From NCBI RefSeq assembly GCF_963921235.1, contig NC_086097.1:184700001-184764000 (forward strand): a stretch of 64,000 nucleotides of DNA, written 5' to 3'. This DNA is from Mobula hypostoma (taxonomy: Eukaryota). A model generated the notes under the pieces. That model was given only the letters and a program-made list of their open reading frames with translations. It did not search any database and was not told the origin of the DNA. Below, one piece after another: positions 48,781 to 62,560 of this stretch (positions are counted from its first letter, which is position 1; every line of letters starts with the position of its first letter). The position numbers and the translations under genes are program-made.

Positions 48781-51664
48781 ACCTTTGCAAAGACTGAGAA
48801 TAATCCTATTGCAAGTCAGAAAATTATTTTAAGGTTTTATAGAAATAATGTAATTTATTTCTGGAGTCTGAATGAAACTGAAACATGCTAGCATACAAAG
48901 TAAGTTAAAAAAAATCATCTCATGGATCCCTTTTCTTTCATTTTCAGTTAACCTATGCTTAGCCTGTACCTGTAGAACCCGGTCAGTAACCTGAAAACCT
49001 GCTACTTAATATTGTGAGTTTTTTTTTTTGCTTTCCCTTTTTAGAATTTTCATACCTTTCAAACTTTTCCTAAAATTTTAATACCTTCTTGTGCTTATTT
49101 GTGTTAGCATTTCTAGCTAAGTTCATTTTATAGACAAATCTACTCCTATTACATTTATGTCTTACTTAGAAGTATTTTTTTCAGTGTATTGGCATGTGTA
49201 TTACTATGTGTGCCATGTGAAAACTATTAAATTTTGGACCATTCTCTGCCAAATATTGTCACTTCCTGAAAATTAAACATAATTTACTAGTCTGCTTCTG
49301 ACAGAAAGATTTTAAAAATTGATTTGGCTTAAAGGTTTGTTGCTGAGCTTCACAATAGAGTTGGGATCAGATTCTTTGATTGCCCTTTCTTGTAAACAAC
49401 CTACATGCAAGTTCATTAAAAATTAAAGCGTGCTGGTGTCTATTAATGTTGTTGGACAGTTGAAATATGTCTGATAGATTTATTCTGCTATAAAGGAGCC
49501 ATATCCTGCTGTCTCCTGGGACAAACTCCAGCTGTTTAGACTGTAATTCCATCACTGGCAGAATTGGTTAGGGCAGACCTTCTCTGAAATGTCTTCATTT
49601 CTGCTTTCCCTATAAATTGCAAATGAGGCCTTTTGTAATAATGTTAAAATATGCATGTGGAGGAATTAAGGTACCTTGGGGTCAGTAGCAAAGTCTAAGG
49701 AAGGGGGTTACTGAAAGCTAGGAGCAGCTGGCAGATGAGTACAAAATCTACACAGTATTGTTAATGTCATTTTTTTTTTGTTTTAATAAAACACGTTTTA
49801 ATGGTTTATATTTGTCTGTATAAATCCTACTTTAAAGAAGGTATTTGTAATGGGATTCTGTTTACTGTAGTTTTGCCTGTTCTTATTGAATTTCATTGTG
49901 TGTTCTACCCTGAAGCCTGCTGTGAAGATTATCATTTCCCTTTTGTGTTTTCAATGCACCCATCTTGATCTTATCAATTCATAAAAAAAATCAAACTAAA
50001 GATTCAAGTAAATTATTTAGAATAATTCACATTCCTTGCTGAAAAAGCCATGCCTTTCCTACTCATTGCAGCAGCAAAATACTGTGGTAGAAAAATTCTA
50101 TTTTTTATTATTGAGGGACAATTTCAACCTATTGTTATTTATACTGCCATGAACAAATATACAGTAATTTGAGAAGATTAATTCTGAGGCTGAACACCAC
50201 CCACTATTTGTTCAGTCTGGAGGTCAGATGGGCAGCTGCAAAAACTGCTCTGCTAATTATAAGGATTCGGCATTCATTAATAGAATCTTTCTCTGCAAAC
50301 GGCAGATGTGTGTTCACTCATGCAGATTATTAATTTCGGCTTTGCCTCAGCTGCACTTTCTGCTGTGCTGAGTAGAATCCACTGATAGAACTGTCAGTTA
50401 TCAGCCAAGTGATGCTGCCAGAAAGTGAGAGAAACTGAGAAGTGAAAGAAAATCATTTAATCACAGGTGTACCTGAGCTAGAATCTACCTCTACTTTTTT
50501 CACTCACTCCCAAACAATTAAACTTCAATTTTGGAATTCATTACTCTGTTGGTAACATTACAAGATCTAATTTGTGCCTGTCAGAGGCAATGGACAGAAA
50601 CTAATATGAATGTAATTAAAATAAAAAACATACCTTGCTGATCACAAGCTTTTATTAACAAACAATTAATTAAGGATTTATCATTAAACACAATTTAAGA
50701 CAATTGTTATCTATGACATTAAAATCTCATAAAGGGCATACCCTTTTCTATGAAAATGTAATTAATAAAACCAAGTTTTGATGTTTTTGATCTTTTTCCT
50801 TAATGTATAGTTGCTCCTGAGAATGTGGTTTCTATTGCAGATCCCCAGAGAATTAGGATTGGGAATAGTCATTTGTACATCTGACCAGATAGGGGGCAGC
50901 AGGGTGTTGGTGAACTAGTTCAGTAATTTTGGCAGGCCAGACTAAATGGGAGCTAGAAGAGGTACCATGCATCCCCTACAAAAGAATGGGGTGCAGAGGT
51001 AACAGTATTTAATTAAACTGCAACCATTGCAGGAGTGCAGGTGGCATTTCTGCTTGCTGCCTGCTCATAATTTCCATATTAATCTACCACTAACGTGGCT
51101 GTTCTTTGGTCTTATGGACAATATACGTCATGGATACATCATGAATTAAAGCACAGAAAAGAGAGCAGAAGTGAATGAATTACATCAACCTGAAATGTTA
51201 GCTCTCTCCACACATACTACCTATTCTGCTGGGTATTTCCAACATTCTCTACTTCCATACTCTGTACTTGGTAAATAATGAATGCTATCTTTGAATGGTA
51301 AAAGTTCTAAAAGCTCTGATAGGTTAGCTGCTGAGAGATGGATTCCTTGGTACAATCATTACTTCAGGTTCTGGAGTCAGAATTTAGATAGGTAACTTAG
51401 ATCTTAAATGAAGGGAAATAACTTCACTCAGAGGAATGTGAATCTTTAGAATTTTCCAGCAGATGATCAGTCATTATATTCAATGTTTCAAGGCCATTCA
51501 TAAATGACCAAGATAAATCCTGCATCTTACCCTAACAGTGACACTAATATTTACTCTATTATTCACACCTCCTATCTTTGCCAACCAATATTCTTCAGGA
51601 TCTATAGCTCATTCCATTCATAAGTTACAACAGGCCATTGTCTCCCAACCTTATCGACTCCAGT

Positions 51665-53730
51665 AATAGATAGAAAGATACTTTATTGATCCCAAAGGAA
51701 ATTACAGTGTCAAAGGAGCACTACAAGTTCACAGATATAAATATTAAAAGAGAAGTAGAAATACGTTACCACAAACAGTCTAACAGGAGGGGGTCATCAC
51801 TTCCCCAGCTATAGGTTGACTCATGATAGAGCCTAATGGCCAAGGGTAAGAATGGCCTCATATCACGCTCTTTGGAGCAGTGCAGTTGTCTTAGTCTATT
51901 ACTAAAAGTGCTCTTCTGTTCAGCCAAGGTGGTATGCAGAGGGTGAGAAACATTGTCCAGAATTGCCAGGATTTTCCATAGGGTTTTTTGTTCTACCACA
52001 GCCTCCAGTGTGCCCAGTTTGACTCTTATAACAAAGCCAGCCTTTCTAATCAGTTTATGGAGCCTGTTGGTATTACTTGTGATGATACCATTGCCCCAGC
52101 ACGCCACCTCATAGAAGATTGTGGGGATGACAACAGACTGATAGAACATGTGAAGGAGAGGCCTGCATACTCCAAATGCCTCAGTCTCCTCAGGAAGCAG
52201 AAGCAACTCTGGCCCTTCTTGTACACAGTGCTCTATTTATCTGTCATCCAGGAGCCCTGCCCACTCCCCCCACCCCCCCAGATACTTGTAGTTCCTCACC
52301 ACGTCTACATCCTCACCATCAATAGTGACAGGGAGCAATGTAGGCTTGGTCTTCATATTGTCCATCCCTATCTCCTTTGTCTTACTGATGTTCAGCTGCA
52401 GATGATTCACTTGCAACATTCAACAAAAAGTCCTCCACCAGAGACCTGAATTCATCTTCCTGTCCTCCCTTCATACACCCAACTACTGTTGAGTCATTCA
52501 GAGAATTTCTGCAGATGACATGACTCAGTGTTGTATCTAAAGTTCAAGGTATACAGGGTAAACAGGAAGGGAGCCAATACAGCCCCTGTGAGGCCCCAGT
52601 TCTGGTTATAGTCATGTCTGACACACAGCTCTGATGTTGCACAAACTGTGCTCTGCCAGTCAGGTAGTCCATTATCCAGGATATAATGGAAGTGTCAATC
52701 TGCATTGAACAGAGCTTTTCCTCCAGCAATGAGGGCTGTATGATCATTATCAGCAGGTGCCATGCCCAGTTTGAGCTTTGACTGCCATGGCCCACACACT
52801 CCTGTTTCGGGTCAAGTGGATCAATTCATTGGTATTCATTTCCAGTTCTCTGGCTGCTGTCTCCATCATCAATTGTCCTTGTCTTCCTCTTGTTTTCTTC
52901 CCTTCAGTCTTTCCCATAATTACTGTGCATTCTAACTCCTCTTTCCTAATCACATGTCTAATGAAGTTACGTTGCCTTTTCATGATCTCATACATTATTT
53001 CTCTTTTTGTGTTTGTTCTGTTCATGACATCCTCGTTAGATATTCGTTTCATCCATGATATTCTTTGCATCCTCCTCAAAAACCACATCTCTGCTGCTTC
53101 AGTTCATTTCTTCATATTACTAGATATTGTCCAACATTCTGAGCCATATAAGATAACTGGATAAACATAACATTTCAGTGCTCTGAGGCAGGTTGTCATG
53201 CCTAATTTAGTGTTGGTCAGTATACTCTTCATTTTTGTAAAGGTCTTTTGCCATCCCTATTCTTCTTTTGATGTCCATGTTGCACCTGCCATCTGATTTC
53301 ACCCAGCTGTATGATATTGAAGGTATCTGAGAAATCAAAATACATGATTCTCAAAGTGCTGCCCTGCTTATCCAAATGGGAGTAGGCTCTGTTCAGCAAG
53401 TAGATTATAGCATCGTCAACTGCCATGTGCTCCTCACAGGCAAATTGCAGGGGATCGAGAGCTGATCTGACCAGGGGTCAGAGGTGAGCCAGGAGTAGCC
53501 TCTCTAGGGTCTTTATGATGTGTGAGGTCAGGGCCACTAAATGATGGTCATTCAAGACTTTCCGTTGGCCCTTCTGGGACCATAAATGATGTTTTCCACA
53601 CAGTCAGGAACTCTCTCCAGGCTGAGACTCAGATCAAAAATGCGCTGGAGAACTCCACACAACTGCTCAGCACACTCCTTCAGGACCTTGGGGTTCACAC
53701 CTGGTCCCAATGCTTTGCCATGATGACTGA
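51665..53730 (-). mobile_element. Rex1-like LINE (RT to 3' end), interrupted by an RTE
   Basis: ORFs 53552-53875, 53229-53426 (AVDDAIIYLL...RIMYFDFSDTFNIIQ), 52237-52419 (NHLQLNISKTKE) and 51766-52206. Tail gggatcaataaagtatct(t/a)tctatcta. Confidence 0.9.
52745..53305 (-). mobile_element. RTE-clade LINE 3' fragment with 10-bp TSD
   Basis: ORF 52750-53088 MWFLRRMQRISW..ISNEDV...GKTEGKKTRGRQ. TSD gctgtatgat at 52735-52744 and 53306-53315. Confidence 0.9.
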
Positions 53731-53794
53731 GGAGTTGATGGAAGGTGGGGGTTGGGGGAGGTGAAGATTGGGACCATAGCAGTTGGTATGTGGA

Positions 53795-55860
53795 AGTAAT
53801 CTCCCATCTACTGCTACCAACTTCATGGTTCACACACCCTGAAGTGCTCGTTTCTACCTCCAAGCCAAGATCCACTGACCTAACTGTCCCAGTAGACCCA
53901 TTCTTTATGCCTGCTCCTGCCCCAATGAACTTATGTACACATACCTCAGGTCCATTTTGTCCCCCTTAGTTCAGTCCCGTCATACCTCTATCCGTGACAC
54001 TTCACAGGCTCTCCATCACTTCAGTATGATTCAGTTCCCTGGTTGGATCACCTTATTTTCACTCTAAATGTCTATTTCCTATACACATTCACTGCAACCC
54101 CCCCCCCCCGCCCCGACCTCCCACCACCAGGAAGGCCTTAAGGCTCTCAGCTTCTTTCTTGGTAGCAAACCTAACCAATTCCTCTCCACCACCACCCACT
54201 GCCTGGCAGAACTGGTCCTCACTTTTAATCATTTCTCTTTCGGTACCTCTCACTTTCTTCAAACTAAAGACGTGGTCATGGGCACTGACATTGGCCCCAG
54301 CTATGCCTTTCTTTTCATCAGCTACATAATACAGGCCATGTTCCAAGCCTACACTGGTAATGCTCCCCAACTCTTTCTACACTGCACTGATAAATGCATT
54401 GGTGCTGCTTCCTGCACACATGCTGAACTCATCATTTTCATCAACTTTGCCTCCAACTTCCACCATGTCCTCAAATTTTCTTGATCATCTATGACACTTT
54501 TCTCTCCTTTCTCGGTCTCCCTGTCTCCATGTCTGGACACAGATTATCCACTGATAACTTTTACAACCTACTGACCATCACAGCTATCTTGACTATTCCT
54601 CTTCCTACCCTGTCATTTGTAAAACTGCTATTCCCTTCTCTCAGTTCCTCCATCTCTGTCACTTCTGTTCACAGGATGAGGGTTTCCATTTTAGAGCATC
54701 TGAGATGTCCTCTTTTTTCAAGGAGCGGGGTTTTCCTTCCACCATTATAAATGCTGCCCACACCCACATTTCTTCCATTTATTGCGCATCTGCCCTCACT
54801 CCATCCTCCCGCCATCATAACAGGGGTAGGGTTCCCCTTGTCCTTACTACTCCATGAGCCTCCATATGCAGCACATCGTTTTCCATAACTTTCACCATCT
54901 ACAACAGGACCCTATCTCTGAGCACATCTTTCCCTCCCCACCCCATTCTGCTTCCATAGGGATTGCTCTCTATGTCACTCTTTTGACCATTCATCCCTCC
55001 CCACTAATCTCCCCTTCTAGCATTTAATCCTGCAAGCTTGGTAAGTGCTACACATACATCTATACTGCCTCCCTTACGAATATTCAGGGACCCAAGCAGT
55101 TCTTCCAGATGAGGTGGCACTTCACCTGCGAGACTTTCGGGATTATCTATCATATCCAGTGCTCTTGGTATGGCCTCCTGTACATCAGTGAGAACTGACG
55201 TAAATTGGGGGGCCATTTTGTTGAACACCTTCTCTCTGTCCACCACAAAAGGTGGGATCTCCCAGTCGCCACCCATTTCAATCCGAGTTCCATTCCCATT
55301 CCAACATGCCAATCTGTGGGCACCTCAAGAATGAGGCCAAACTCGGGCTGGAGGAGCAACACCTCAAATTCTGTCTGGGTAGCCTCCAACCTGATGGCAT
55401 GAACATCAATCTCTCCAATTTCTGGTAATCTCTGCCCCATCCCTCCTCTCTTTTTCTATTCTCCATTCTGATTCCCTTCTCACCCCTGCTCTTCTCTTCA
55501 CCTGTCCATCACCACCCTCTGGTGCCCCTCCCCCTTCTCTTTCTCCCATGGTTTACTGTCCTCTCCTATCTTATTCCTTCTTTTTCAGCTCTTTACCTCT
55601 TCCACCTATCCCCTCCCATCTTCCTACTTCGTCCCCTCTCCTCCCCCACCATCTTCCTTACTTGGTCTCACCTGTCACCTTCCAGCATGTACTTCTTTCC
55701 TTCCTCTCTCCTTATTATTCTGACTTCTACCCTCTTCCTTTCTAGTCTTGATGAAGGGTTTTGGCCTGAAATATCTACTATTTATTCCCACCCCACCCCC
55801 CACACCGCCCCCCAGATGCTGCCTGATTTGCTGAGTTCCACCGACATTTTGACTGTGTCA
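53795..55860 (+). mobile_element. Degenerate PLE (most of the RT through the 3' end)
   Basis: ARFYLQAKIH*PNCPSRPI (~53846) matches the PLE KIHK..P.RPI motif. ORF 54068-54484 is RT. A decayed hammerhead lies at ~55743-55780. Confidence 0.88.
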
Positions 55861-58059
55861 CCAGACCTTCATATACTTGTGCAGAATGCTTTGTACATAC
55901 TGCGGAGCTCATACACATATTTTGTTACTTGCTGTCATTGCCAGCTACTTATAATTGCAGTGACATTACTCAAACAATTTGCATGACACACAATAAAATA
56001 TTTTTTCTCTTGTGCAGGGTAAGGTATGTGTAAAATTGGAGTCAGTAACAGATAACGTGAAGGTGTCAGGTGTACTGCATGTGCTAATTCCCACGGACAA
56101 GTCAGGGATAGCTGAGTTTGGATGCCCCCTGTGGTGATGGTATCAGTAGGCATGCTGATAGTGATCCCCTTAAATAATATTGGAGGGAATGAGAGCGGCA
56201 AAGAGAGTTTGAATTATTTGGGTATTTTCTTAGCCAATCTATTGGCAGAAATCCCACATTATGGGAATAAAAACAGCAAAATGAAACTAGAAATGCTTAG
56301 CAGGACCAACGAACGCTCCTAAATCTGAGAACTTAACTCAGTTTCTTACTCCACAGATGGTGCTCAACCTGCTGATAATGTCCAACGTTCCCTGGTGATA
56401 GTTCGGATTTCCAGCCATGCCAGCGTTTGCCTTTCAATCATGGAATAATGCCTAGTTCTTGTGGAAATCGACTGGTAACCAAGCAACTGTGACCTCAAAT
56501 CTCAATGTGGCAAGTTATGAAATTGAACTTAGTTGAATGAAATGGAATAAATAGTGCCTGCTTTGAAGAATATGATGATGATACCTAGAGGTCCAAAATG
56601 CAGGGATAACCTTGCTAAAGGGGACAGATGGATTAAAGGGGATTTTGCATGAATAGTGATTGTATTTGAGAGATCGGAAGAACAGAAAAATCCAGGTATC
56701 AATCAGTCATCCAGATGTATTTCATTTGCTTCCTGTTTGAACCCACCTCGACAAATGGTAGAAATTCATCCTTGGATGCATGTGGTCATGTGGTTTTCAA
56801 TTCTGTTTGAAGTTGAATTTTGGAAATAGTTAATTGTCCATCGGTGATCAAGGACATAATTCTACTCTAATGAGTTTATGTAATGATGAAAACTGTCATG
56901 ACCGATTCTGGCAAAGAATATTAACTAACAATATATCTTTATGAAATATCAGAAGAGTAGAATTTCAATGCTGGGAATCCTAAAAAGTCATTATGAATGC
57001 AAAACAACCAACATTGTTCTCCCAAAATGAAAGGCTGAAGATGAAGCTATTGTGAATATATTATTGTTGTTACATTTTTCCCCAAAAACAGCTTAACACT
57101 TTTCAAAATTATGCAAATACAAAAGAAAAATCTGTTAATGACTAGAAAATTAGTGCCCTACATTTTCCTATAATAGTCCTTTAAGATTTTTAGTTAGACT
57201 TTTCTTTAATTTCTCTTGGCTAATTGGACTTCTAAAGTAACCCCTTTTCAAATCCTGCCTCTTCAGTGACATCATAGTCAAAGCAATTCAGTTGTTGAAT
57301 GACGGTTCAATCAGCAGGAAGAGGTCTCTTTCACTTGCATCCAAAATATTGACACTGAAAAGTATTTTGTATTTTCTTCAGAATTTGAATAAATTATACA
57401 GCAATTGTAAAGATTGTAATGACGCTCTCAATAAAAAATAATTCATAAGTAATTTATATAGAGTCAAGTATCAACAGAATACACTCTTGAAGTTATCCTT
57501 TCCACTGCAATCCACCAAAAATAAATCTTTTATACTTGACTGGGTTAATTGATACTTTAAAGGGATTGACTGAATTCTATTTGCTGAATATGTTCTATTT
57601 CACCAGACACCAGGTATTTTTGTACTAATGGAAGACAAATTGCAGCAAATCTATCTAAGACAAGTTAATGGCCTTATATAAAGTGGCAAATCAGAATAAT
57701 CTTGAAAAGGTCAAATCTCTTGTCACGATATCTTTCCTCATATTAAATCCATAGAAATGAGCTGACTATATTTTTCTAATAGTACTGATAAAACACTCTC
57801 ACCTCACTGCTTATACAATGAGAAAAATGAACATATAAAGTACACAATGTGATAAATTAGAAATAGTACTTTTTTGGTCATGGAATAGTCATGACTAATG
57901 TAAAGTGCATGTTGGATTTTTTTGTAGCAGGGAACAAAAGGGTTTTACATTCTCTTTTTACATTCTATTTTTCACAAAATACATGTTAATTTTGATACAA
58001 GGAATATTGAAGCTCAATTCACGCTCATAGCTGTGTAAAAGGTTATCATGTGAAGGGTT

Positions 58060-58330
58060 AGAAACATAGAAAACCGACAGCACCATACAGGCCCTTCGGA
58101 CCACAAAGCTGTGCTGAACATGTACTTACTTCAGAAATTACCTACGGTTACCCATAGCCCTCTATTTTTTTGAGTTCCGTGCACCTATCCAGGAGTCTCT
58201 TAAAAGACCCTATCGCATCTGCCTCCACCACCATTGCCAGCAGCCCATTCCACGCACTCACCACTCTCTCCTCCCTACCTACTTCCAAGCACCTTAAAAC
58301 TGTGCCCTCTCATGCCAGCCATTTGAGCCC
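58060..58330 (-). mobile_element. CR1 3' end
   Basis: tagaaacatagaaa tail. The reverse complement reads RVVSAWNGL. Confidence 0.8.
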
Positions 58331-58394
58331 TGGGTTCTCAGCTTCCTATCAGAAGGGTAGGGTTGTGTGCCCACCTTTAATAGCACATGTCAAT

Positions 58395-58740
58395 TAGGGT
58401 ATGGAAGTCTGGTTGTTGCATTAATTGGCTGGTAATTTGGATCTTTATCTAGAGATGTGATCTCATCCCACCACACCAACTGGGGAACTTTAACTAGCTT
58501 GTTAAAAAATATAGTATTAAAATATAAAGTCAATACTGCAGTCTGCAAAACCACAGGACTGTCATAAAAAAAACTTTTGCTAAAGTACTTTGATGAAGGA
58601 AGTCTTGCATCCCTGCATTTTAAATGAAAGGGCCTCTGTGTTGCCTGCCTTGCCACACAGTTCAAGGCCAATAATGGGTGGGAAATCAATGCTGCCCTTG
58701 CTGGAAATATCCACATCTTCTAGTTAAAAAATAAAATAAA
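58395..58740 (+). mobile_element. Old SINE-like element with CR1-group tail
   Basis: The 3' end gggtgggaaatcaatgctgcccttgctggaaatatccacatc...aaaaaataaa resembles the terminus at 25195-25255. The head is very decayed. Confidence 0.4.
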
Positions 58741-61329
58741 ATTTGAGGTGCAAAGACACCTTCTTCCTAATCTAAGTAATTATAGCAAGATTTGACTGCT
58801 AGTGCCCTCCAGTGCAGACCTTGCCAGAGTATGAAACATCAGTGAGAAAATATCTCATTTGCCTGAGGCCAGCAGATCCCACATAACTAAAAGTGAAACT
58901 CTGCACTGTGGCACCATCTGGTGAGGAAGGTAGGCTTGTTACCCCCCCCCCCCCCGCCTTCCAGCACTAAAGCACTAACCCTTCACTTCCCCCCCCCCCC
59001 TCCACCACCCCAGGAAGCATATTTTCTGTCTTTCTACTAAAATATAAGTTAGATCAATTGAAGGGGTAAAAACACACCATGGTTTAAACCCTCCAACTGA
59101 GGCTAATATTCCAGCATTCTGGAGACTAGAACACTTTCTCTGATTGATCAGGTGGGAAGAATCTCATTTACTGGCTTCCGAAAACATATCTGGTGCCTTG
59201 GCTGTGGAAGAAGCAAGAATCCTAGTTCAGGCTCTCCACACCAGCGAATTTTGAAGAAGCTTGCTAAACAAAGCAAAGCATCTCCTATTCAAATTCAAGA
59301 TCATATGAGAAGTTCTGGTTTGTCTCCCATTAGAGTTAATATGAGATGGAACTTTGTTCAAAAAAGTCAAATGATTGCATTTATTCTGGTTTTATTATAT
59401 GACTTTGAAGGGAAATTATCTGGACAGAGACATATAAAATTATAGATATTTCTTCTAACATTAAATGACATTGAAAAGAAAATAATAAATTTCTTTTCCT
59501 GCATTCACAGGTGGCAGGCATTTACAGGTGGCAGTTTGACACACTTTTTAAATAGCTTTAAATAACATTTTAAACAATATGAAAACATGTATTATTCACA
59601 AAAATAAGGTTAGGCTAAGTTTGTTATGGACAGCTATGTTTTAGCATTGGTGTGTATTTTAGAACAATGATATTTGTTGTAAAATATATACGTATACTGT
59701 AACTGATCGGGACCATTTTCTATACACAATGCAAAAAAAAATGCACCTTTTGTTTTCTGATTTTAAACCTAGATGAACTAGACAGTCTTCATTAATGTTT
59801 CATTCTGAAGCAAACTTATGCTTACCAGAGGACTAGTTACAGCTCACAGTAGTTTACCATAAAATTGATTATCTTTCCATTTTCTGGTTTCTACAGCAAA
59901 AGCATGCTCAAGTAGCTACTTTTGTTTCACTCTCAATCTAGTTCCATAGGTAGGATATTTGAAATGCAGATCCTTTGCCAGGAATGTGTCAACACAGATC
60001 CTTAAATGAGAGAAAACTGCTTGCTTTTCCCGACCTCCATCTGTTTGTTTATTCATGTCTTAAAATAAAACTGAATTTGGTGAAAATCACTATTACCTTA
60101 CAACCTACAATTCTGTGTTCAAAGGAATAATGCTTTCACCATGGTTATATTGTGGTGAATACTGTATATACACTATAAAATATGTCAATGAAACCACTGA
60201 CTGAGGCTCGAGGATTTATTAGGATAGTGAATGTTTCCTATGACTCCTAAAAAAATGTGATCTATGCTCAAAATTATAGAATGAAAACAAATAAGTTTTC
60301 TGTATGTGTAGATCTTAAACTAAATATGACATTCAATTTGTGTAGTACATTAATTTATTTTGATTATGTAATGTGTTTTCGAAATTCTAATTAGCAAAAT
60401 CCTAGAGGTTCCTTTGGTGTCAGTTATGATACTGTCATTATAGTAGTATGTTTAAATTGTGTTTTCTTGAAATATTTCTCTTGCTTATTTACATTAAATA
60501 CATACTTTTATTAATATGCTAGTCTGAAAATTAGCTAAGTTTCCACAATGCCACATCAAATTTAAATTCATGGAGGGTCTGAAAGTGGCAGTTTTTCATT
60601 ATATAGCCATAACCATGTAGTAGCAAAAGCAATGATTATTGATTGGGAACCAGTTTCACAAATGGTGTACTTGACTGTTATTGGCTCACATCACTCTCTC
60701 CCAGGGCTGGGGTGGCAGCTGTCAGCTGGTCCTTGTAGACATGCTCCTTTCCATCTGTACTGCTATATTAGCAGGGTCACAAGGGGTTTATCCCATGCTG
60801 GATCTCAAGGGGACAATAACATACTAGTTGATTTGGCTGTGAAGTTATATGTATGATTAATAGATGGGATAACTGGTTCTTGCTCTGTTAAAGCATTTTA
60901 GCAGCAATTATCCAGTTTGATCCGTGCAGTTTATGAACCAGATATCCATACAACATCACAATTGTGATAGCAGCCAAGACTTTGGCAGAACCCACTGTCT
61001 AGTTTGTCCTGTGGTTGAATAGAGTGTTTTGGCTGATTAGTGGGTGTGTTTTACAGGAACATCGATAATGAACCATATAATTTTACTTTCATCACAAATG
61101 AGTCTTATTCATCACGTGCTGTATGGTTTGCTAATTGTCTCAGAATGTTGCATCACATAATGAGTGATTAGCTGTTGGCAGATTTTTTTATTGTTCACTA
61201 AAATCTTGGCACGCTTAGCCTGTACTGAATAATTTAGTGTGCACGAAAGTTGGCAGCAACAGTGACAGAACGTGCACTGAAACAGCAACTGCTACCTAAA
61301 TTCTTTGTGCTGCAAGGTTGCAGCGTCAT

Positions 61330-62560
61330 AAACACAACAAAGTGTGCAGATGCTGGAAATCCAAAGCAACACACACAAAATGCTGGAGGAACTCAGCAGG
61401 TCCAGCAGCATCTATGGAAATGAATAAGCCGTCAGTGTTCGGGCTGAGACTCTTCTTCAGGACTGGAAAGGAAAGGGGAAGATCCCAGTATAAAAAGGAG
61501 GGGGGAGGGGAAGGAGGATAGCTAGAAGCTGAGAGGTGAAGCCAGGTGGGTGGGAAAGGTCAAGGGTTGGAGAGGAAGGAATATGAGAGGAGAGGAGCAT
61601 GGACCATGGGAGAACCGGAGGAAGGAGAGGCACCAAGGGAAGTTGAAAGGCAGTTGAGAAGAAGTAAAAGGCCAGAGTGGGAAATAGAAGAAGACGGAAG
61701 GGGAAGGGAATTTTTTTTTACTGGAAAGTGAAATTGATGTTCAGGTTGGAGGCTGCCCGGCCGGAATATAATGTGTTGCTCCTGCACTCTGAGAGTGGCC
61801 TTATAGTGGCACAAGAGGAGGCCATGGACTGATATGTTAGAATGGGAATGGGAATAAGAATTAAAGTGTTTGGCCACCAGGAATTTTTGTCAGGTCTCAC
61901 CAAAGTAGAAGAGCCTTCAGGAGCACCAGACAGAATACACGACCCCAAAAGGTGAAATGTTGCCTCACCTGGAAGGACTGTTTGGGGCCCTGTATGGAAA
62001 TGACAGAGGAGCAGAAGGGGTAGGTAGTACTTTGGCCATTTGCTGGGATAAATGCTGGGAGGGACGAATAGACAAGGGAAACACGGAGGGAGGGATCCCT
62101 GTGGAAAGCAAAGAGTGGGGGGAGGTAAAAATGTATTTGGTGGTAGGATACATTTGAAGGTGGCAGAAGTTGTGGAGAATAATGTGTTGAATACAGAGCT
62201 CATCGGGTGGTAGGCTAGGACAAAAGTTACTCTAACCCTGTTTTGGCAGCAGGAAGATGGGATGAATGTGGATATCCGGAAAATGGACGAGATGCTGGTA
62301 AGGGCAACATCAATGGTGGAGGGAGGGAAACCCAGTTCTTTGAAAAAGAAGGGCACCTCTGATGTCCTAAAAAGGAAAGCCTCATCCTCGGAACAGATGC
62401 AGCTGAGATGAAGGAACTGAGAAATGGGAATAGTGTTTTTACAGGAGACAGAGTAGAAAGAGGTATAATCAAGATACCTCTTGATAGGCAAGAGCCATGA
62501 GAATCAGTAGGTTTATAAAAGATGAAGAGATTGTGAGCATGTGAAGTGTTGCAGAAGTAG
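61330..62560 (-). mobile_element. PLE 3' portion (thumb/linker, partial GIY-YIG, terminus)
   Basis: ORF 61718-62491 YLDYTS...CKNTIPISQFLHLSCICSEDEAF. ORF 61560-61877 HFNS.SHSHSNISVHGLL. Confidence 0.9.

Noticed and set aside
61718..62491. Longest ORF (257 aa) as a host gene
   Set aside because: It is a decayed PLE frame that shifts out of the true frame midway. The same applies to 19051-19743.
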